DNA of 64,000 nucleotides from a virus (Duplodnaviria; Caudoviricetes): IMG/VR virus record IMGVR_UViG_3300031555_001542, positions 46,014 to 110,013 of that record; one strand, 5' to 3'. Shown piece by piece: positions 60,001 to 64,000 of this stretch (position 1 is its first letter; each line of letters starts with the position of its first letter). The notes under the pieces were generated by a model. It saw only the letters and a program-made list of their open reading frames with translations, ran no database searches and was not told where the DNA came from. The position numbers and the translations under genes were made by a program.

Positions 60001-61670
60001 GAATTACTGCTACGAGTGGCGAAATTGCAGGATGGACTATTTATGATAGCGTATTAAGAAAAGAAACTGTTGTAAATGATGTTACGTATCAAATGTATAT
60101 GCAGGCGTCTGATGGCATTAGTACTACAAACGCTTTTGCTGTGAGAAAGAAAAACCCTGATGCTTCTTCGTGGGATGTGCAATTTGCAGTTAATTATGCA
60201 GGCAAAATGACCGCTAAAAATGCAGACATCACAGGAACAATTACAGCAAAAGATGGCTCTATAGCTGGATATAATATTGGTCCAGGTGGCAGTTACGACA
60301 ATGCAATTTATAAGCGTGTTGCGGGTGATGGTAGCGGCGTAGATTATGAAGTTGGTCTAAAGGCAACAAGCGGAGACACAGATCTAGCATTTTATGTAAA
60401 GCAGTCTGCGGATGATTGGGCCAGCAATTCTAATGTATTCTACGTTAGAAATAATGGTCAACTATATGCGCAAAAAGCAGACATTACAGGTAAAATAAAT
60501 GCTTCTAGTGGTAAAATAGGAAGCTGGAATGTCGGCGACATGGACAATTATACGGATAGTATATACTCAACTTACTGCGCTGCTTCAGCACCTTCGAGCA
60601 GCAATCCAGAATATGCAGTATTTATGAGGGGTAAGGGCAGTTCGGAAAAAACTATAGCTATAGGTGTGAAGAAGAGAACATCGTCTAGCACTTCTTGGGG
60701 AGATGCAGATGAAACTTTTTATGTTAGAAAAGATGGCTATGTAAGCATGACTAGTGGTGCCATTAACGGCAACTTAGAGATTGGCGGCTCGTTAACCCAC
60801 ACCAGAGGGAGTTACACCGTAACAATGAGAGGTGTTCAATCAGACGCCGGCAAGGGTGTTTTTTATATCACTGATAATAGTTCAGGCTCAGCTGAGTATC
60901 CAGTTAGAATTAATGGCGATGGATCAGCAAAGTTCACTAACGTAACAATTACAGGCAGTAGTACAATAGCTTCTGCTTGTATTCCCAATTTAAATGCCGA
61001 CAAAATAACTGCAGGAACACTTGACGTTGGTAGAATACCTAATATATCTGCAGACAAGATAACTAGTGGTACAATATCTGCATCACGACTCAGCTCTTCT
61101 GTTATTACTACAGGAAACTTTTCTTCAAAATCATTAACTACTGGTAGTCTTACTGTAACAGGAGGAGGAAAAATAGGATCGTGGTCTGTAACTAGTTCTG
61201 GATCTCTTACCGCTGTGAGTGGAGATGTCGGTGTTGGACTATCTGCATATGGACTATCTGCTGGAAGCGGTGGTTCTACACCGTGGGTAAATGTTCTTAA
61301 AGCTGGTCAAAACGCATCTGACCAAAGATTGAAAAAAAACATATTAGAATTTGATAATAAGTTTGATAACATATTTGATAGTTTAAGGCCAGTTCATTTT
61401 GAATACTCTAAAGATTATTTAGGCCAAGGAATACACTTCGGATATGTTGCACAGGACGTTATTAAATCTTTTGAAGATAATGGTGAAAAAGCAGAAGATT
61501 ATGCTTTTATTTATGAAAGTGCCATGGAAGAGGATTCAGTTGAAAAATATTATCAATTCAATCAAACAGAATTTATGGCACTTAATACGTGGCAAATTCA
61601 AAAACTTAAATCAAGAGTGGAAGAGTTAGAAAATAAGCTGGAAGCATTAGAAAGGAACGATACAAAATGA
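57090..61670 (+). CDS. Tal/tail spike (central fibre) with C-terminal intramolecular chaperone (peptidase S74-like)
   Basis: Follows Dit; hub-like N-terminus; IISTINQSAE..I.A.KI; ADKIT.GT repeats; SDQRLKKNI..GYVAQDV. Confidence 0.8.
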   Translation: MRLPFDILSQNYVRPKLFLCETDKKRICELETTNLSGSFKFNAYSELNFTVGRTHTNMTTGKTQINPFYNHIEALRLVYLEGFGYFEIQDPEIVSDGIKEVKNVTAYGLEYRLSQKYLEDFNINTGEADSLEVIEAAGSRVIPITLVNSINKNLSLTDLALEKVYDWTWGNIDDSLRTMSRQFEISRASVYDFIVKDICEKFNCYAVFDTIDNKINLYAEALVTKYIGDGENNIFIVSPAYEDVDTVTIDGYKTTQYSYYTETDKDTDKKIGYVTFHIPPKNGARIEITDGSQKKWQTDVYVTFDNLAQEVNVSYSAEDIKTVLTIKGQDDLDIREVNMGIPYIVDLSYYYTVDWMGQDLYDAYTKYLQTSSVSQSKYIENAKKMLEITGRITYETQRLSLQYSIADNVTSTTVGTYYVRGGTSPDYYYREVKLPDEYNANIEHYYMLSGSDLDEEKFSKLYAAIQTYFASEDDKDISEIEKLKDSFVFVETYTIENLIGDLSNATDLAQKDAAILSFFNEMWDQLGRTPLESLYLQPYKKIETTNTEAGWSDIANMNYWSYYPVTLVIKSLEDEIENRKGIIESFQKQYGELQSENNEISKNTSIYNNFTHEQLVRLSPFLREDEYTDDNFVETDSDTIDILMQTKQELLECGKIELAKLCEPKLSFSMDMANIYALKEFEPIIHQFQLGNLINVAIRDDYIKKARLLAVDINFDDFSDFSCEFGELTSLKTQSSIHADLLANAISAGNSVASSQSYWEKGADLATSTDLKIQNGLLGAIDGIYNDDKSVLIDNHGILLRKLEDNGEYSPYQIWLTNNNILVSTDSFDSAQTGIGVFEVDGRELYGVLAKAVLAGYIESSDIVGGTININDTFMVDQFGNVTMKASSIDGYVTSEELSSVENGLSSRITVTENGISTKVSKDSIISTINQSAESVAIDANKISLAGKTIDLTSDNITIDSTYFSVTKDGRITATSGEIAGWTIYDSVLRKETVVNDVTYQMYMQASDGISTTNAFAVRKKNPDASSWDVQFAVNYAGKMTAKNADITGTITAKDGSIAGYNIGPGGSYDNAIYKRVAGDGSGVDYEVGLKATSGDTDLAFYVKQSADDWASNSNVFYVRNNGQLYAQKADITGKINASSGKIGSWNVGDMDNYTDSIYSTYCAASAPSSSNPEYAVFMRGKGSSEKTIAIGVKKRTSSSTSWGDADETFYVRKDGYVSMTSGAINGNLEIGGSLTHTRGSYTVTMRGVQSDAGKGVFYITDNSSGSAEYPVRINGDGSAKFTNVTITGSSTIASACIPNLNADKITAGTLDVGRIPNISADKITSGTISASRLSSSVITTGNFSSKSLTTGSLTVTGGGKIGSWSVTSSGSLTAVSGDVGVGLSAYGLSAGSGGSTPWVNVLKAGQNASDQRLKKNILEFDNKFDNIFDSLRPVHFEYSKDYLGQGIHFGYVAQDVIKSFEDNGEKAEDYAFIYESAMEEDSVEKYYQFNQTEFMALNTWQIQKLKSRVEELENKLEALERNDTK

Positions 61671-61891
61671 ATGAAACATTAACAAAACCAATGTCTGTAA
61701 TTAGACAAGAATTCACTGAACAGCTAGTTGGAGATATTAACAATTGCAAACTACCATTATTCGTAATTGAATATATTTTAGAAGATATTTTGGGAACAGT
61801 AAAAACTGCAGCAAAGCAGCAATGTGAAATGGAAAAAATTCAATACGAAGAGTTGTTAAAGAGAAATCAAGAAAATTCAAAGAAAGAATAA
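61667..61891 (+). CDS. Small conserved protein after the tail spike
   Basis: RBS AAAGGA; coupled start; IN...LP motif. Confidence 0.6.
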   Translation: MNETLTKPMSVIRQEFTEQLVGDINNCKLPLFVIEYILEDILGTVKTAAKQQCEMEKIQYEELLKRNQENSKKE

Positions 61892-61896
61892 TTTTT

Positions 61897-61931
61897 TAGG
61901 GAAGTACTTAATTGTACTTCCCTATTTTTTT
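61897..61931 (+). terminator. Intrinsic terminator ending the late operon, between convergent genes
   Basis: TAGGGAAGTAC/GTACTTCCCTA followed by T7. Confidence 0.8.
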
Positions 61932-62071
61932 ACGCCATCCAAATGCTGCTTTATTATATGTGTTATCCAAGAATTAATGGTGCGATTGTCCTCTACCGCA
62001 GCCTTATCTATTTGAAATTTTAGCTCTGGAGATACCCGAATTGTGATCACTTTCCGTTCATCTTTCACCAT
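61922..62071 (-). CDS. 49-aa ribbon-helix-helix (Arc/HicB-like) DNA-binding protein (absent from the ORF track)
   Basis: MVKDERKVITIRVSPELKFQIDKAAVEDNRTINSWITHIIKQHL; RBS GAGGTG. Confidence 0.8.
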   Translation of the reverse strand: MVKDERKVITIRVSPELKFQIDKAAVEDNRTINSWITHIIKQHLDGVKK

Positions 62072-62088
62072 ATTCACCTCTCCCATAT

Positions 62089-62137
62089 ATAATATCATAA
62101 ATTAAAAATGATAGCAAGATTTGATCAATTGATAGCA
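62089..62137 (-). promoter_or_regulatory. Sigma-A-like promoter of the RHH gene with two TGCTATCA direct repeats
   Basis: Minus strand TTGCTA-17 nt-TATTAT with extended TG; + strand TGATAGCA at 62109-62116 and 62130-62137. Confidence 0.6.
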
Positions 62138-62234
62138 GCAAAGAAACATTGTCGATAGGGGAGTATATTGTAATTCAAATGTGTATATAATATAAATACC
62201 ATTTTCATTAATCATGTTCTACTTCCACATAATT

Positions 62235-62270
62235 TAAGGGACTACCATTACGGTAGTCCCTTATTTTTTT
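62235..62270. terminator. Strong terminator hairpin
   Basis: TAAGGGACTACC/GGTAGTCCCTTA; T tract on the + strand. Confidence 0.7.
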
Positions 62271-62469
62271 ATTTTTCTTCAGGATATGTTTTTTCATAAA
62301 GTTCAACCGCCTCACTAAATGACATACGGTTTTTTATCACAACATCTTCAACTGCTTTAAACTTTGGGTCATCTACTAAATGATTGTTTGCATTAAATTC
62401 ATCAAGTAATTTGAATAATTCATTTCTCACCTTTGTATACTCTGCTTTCTTTCTTGCTTCGTTGGACAT
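62269..62469 (-). CDS. Small hypothetical protein downstream of the recombinase
   Basis: RBS AAGGAG; 66 aa. Confidence 0.65.
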   Translation of the reverse strand: MSNEARKKAEYTKVRNELFKLLDEFNANNHLVDDPKFKAVEDVVIKNRMSFSEAVELYEKTYPEEK

Positions 62470-62486
62470 AACATCATCTCCTTATA

Positions 62487-64000
62487 TTATTTTATATGCT
62501 TAATCCATTTACATATTTTTAATAACCCCATAAATGTTACATTGAAGACACATCGATATCCCTGAATGTACCCTTCAGTGTACAAATTAAATAACATATA
62601 TGCGTCATCTTTTGTGCCAACCACATAGTTTTTATCACGTGCTCTTGGTGTGCGTACTATAATGCCTGCGCTCTCAAGTTTATTTATGATTGGCATGAAT
62701 ACACTGTAGTATCCTTCCTTGTAGCCTTTTGCGGCAACTTTCTTGTGCAAGTCTCCAAAATGAAACTCTTGCATTTCAAATATTGTATCTATTATTGCTT
62801 TCTTGTATATATCTATTGAACCTAGACTAATATCTATGTGACCACTCATTACTTCATTTAAATTGCCATTCATATAAATGTCTATGCCGCCATTATAATT
62901 GACAACAATTTTTTCTACAAGCAGTTTTAATTGTTTTACTGTTAAGTTGTCACTTGTAATAATTTCATCAAATAGTAACAACGCCTTGTTTAAACCACTT
63001 CTAACCTCTTTGCTAGATTGAGAAACACTTTGTTGCTCATCAATTTGGATTCTCAAAGATTGAATATAATTTGATTTGTCGTTAATAGCTTGTTGATAAG
63101 TCTCTTCAAGTATATCTTTCATTGTAGGATTTTTGATAATATCTTTGACCTTTTGTTCCATGAGCACTTTTAGTTCATTTGTTGTTTTATCTAGTTCTTT
63201 TTGTAATGCATCTATTGAATTAATAGCATTTACATCACATACTTGTTTTAACTCCTTTTGAATAATGTTGTCTAGGTTTTCAATTGCGCCCTTTAAACTG
63301 TGCCTACACTGTCTTAGGTACACTTTAACAAACTCAATCAATTCATCTTCGTATACTCTATTATGATTGCAATAATTTGCACCATATGAATTATATGTTG
63401 AGCACACGTAATATCTTCTTTTATTAACTCCGCTTCTTGGAGTTAATGGTCTACCGCAGTCGCCGCAGAATATTAACCCAGTGAAGATATTAACATGCTT
63501 TCTTACGCCCTTGTGATGCTTTGTAGCCCTTTCTTCTTTAACTTTTTGTGCCAAATAAAATGTTTCTTTATCTATGATTGCTTCATGGTGATCTGGAAAT
63601 ATAAGATTTTCACTTTTGTCCCTTTTTACATTTTTCCCATGTATGCCTAACACTTGCATTTTTCGTTGTACTAATGTTCCTATGTAAAACTCATTACTGA
63701 TAATTCGTTTTATGTGGGTGGAAGACCACAGTGCTGATGTTGTTCTTTTGCTAGGCTCTAGACCATTTTCCTCTCTAATTCTTGCCAATGCTTGAGTTGG
63801 AGTTGGTATTCCTTCGTCATTTAGCATTTTTGCAATGTTCATTCCTCCGTATCCATTAACATATAAGTCAAATATTTTTTTAACATATATGCTTGTTATT
63901 GGGTCTATTTCGAAGGTGTGCTTTTTACCATATATTCTTTTATAACCATATGGCACGTTGCTACTAACCCACTTGCCTTCTTTTTGTTTTGAATGTATAA
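62487..64000 (-). CDS. Large serine recombinase (integrase), 5' end outside the window
   Basis: PYGY, recombinase domain (IAKMLNDEGIPTP, FYIG, HEAIID), zinc ribbon (FTGLIFCGDCG, YYVC), coiled coil; frame open to the window edge. Confidence 0.9.
   Translation of the reverse strand, partial: IHSKQKEGKWVSSNVPYGYKRIYGKKHTFEIDPITSIYVKKIFDLYVNGYGGMNIAKMLNDEGIPTPTQALARIREENGLEPSKRTTSALWSSTHIKRIISNEFYIGTLVQRKMQVLGIHGKNVKRDKSENLIFPDHHEAIIDKETFYLAQKVKEERATKHHKGVRKHVNIFTGLIFCGDCGRPLTPRSGVNKRRYYVCSTYNSYGANYCNHNRVYEDELIEFVKVYLRQCRHSLKGAIENLDNIIQKELKQVCDVNAINSIDALQKELDKTTNELKVLMEQKVKDIIKNPTMKDILEETYQQAINDKSNYIQSLRIQIDEQQSVSQSSKEVRSGLNKALLLFDEIITSDNLTVKQLKLLVEKIVVNYNGGIDIYMNGNLNEVMSGHIDISLGSIDIYKKAIIDTIFEMQEFHFGDLHKKVAAKGYKEGYYSVFMPIINKLESAGIIVRTPRARDKNYVVGTKDDAYMLFNLYTEGYIQGYRCVFNVTFMGLLKICKWIKHIK

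Larger units (their letters stand above)
1..64000. mobile_element. Large tailed phage/prophage, structural and lysis region (siphovirus, SPbeta-like organisation)
   Basis: Contiguous co-oriented capsid, neck, tail tube, fibre, endolysin/holin, TMP, Dit and Tal genes plus a serine recombinase. No tail sheath and no bacterial housekeeping genes seen. Confidence 0.95.

Noticed and set aside
91-61629. Many short alternative-frame and antisense ORFs in the track (e.g. 6508-6738, 24421-24840, 37947-38552, 47260-47619)
   Set aside because: They lie inside long RBS-supported genes, lack their own RBS and are explained as codon-bias shadows
1-64000. Stop-codon reassignment (alternative genetic code)
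   Set aside because: Standard code 11 gives dense, full-length ORFs including 4767 aa; the anomaly is synonymous CTA usage only
1-64000. tRNA or rRNA genes
   Set aside because: No cloverleaf or rRNA-like sequence recognised in the short intergenic gaps; a tRNAscan-SE run would be needed to exclude them formally

Overview
The whole window is the virion-morphogenesis and lysis region of a large, probably temperate siphophage with SPbeta-like gene content, most likely infecting a Bacillota (Clostridia-type) host. No host genes are visible. On the + strand, in order: scaffold, capsid, neck and major tail genes (1-7.1 kb); a ~29 kb cluster of modular fibre/adhesin genes (7.9-36.5 kb); a lysis cassette; a RuvC-like gene; a 4767-aa tape measure protein (TMP); Dit and Tal-like genes. 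On the - strand: a small ribbon-helix-helix regulator and a large serine recombinase truncated by the window edge. Main observations: (1) the TMP has a ~2,150-aa N-terminal extension with two apparent ADP-ribosyltransferase-type domains and a HopA1/phosphothreonine-lyase-like domain, so it may deliver effectors into the host along with the DNA. (2) The most abundant virion genes use CTA for almost every leucine (29/30 in the capsid, 15/15 in the major tail gene) and never CTG, whereas an apparently recently acquired module uses CTG. (3) A 998-nt group I intron carrying a GIY-YIG endonuclease splits one of two giant CotH-kinase-like/LamG/LRR adhesin paralogs. (4) A 17-bp intergenic motif, AACARTACAAAATTAAT, recurs six times and is a probable phage late promoter. 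(5) The fibre genes reuse short terminal motifs in a way that suggests docking pairs. All family assignments come from reading motifs by eye, not from database searches.
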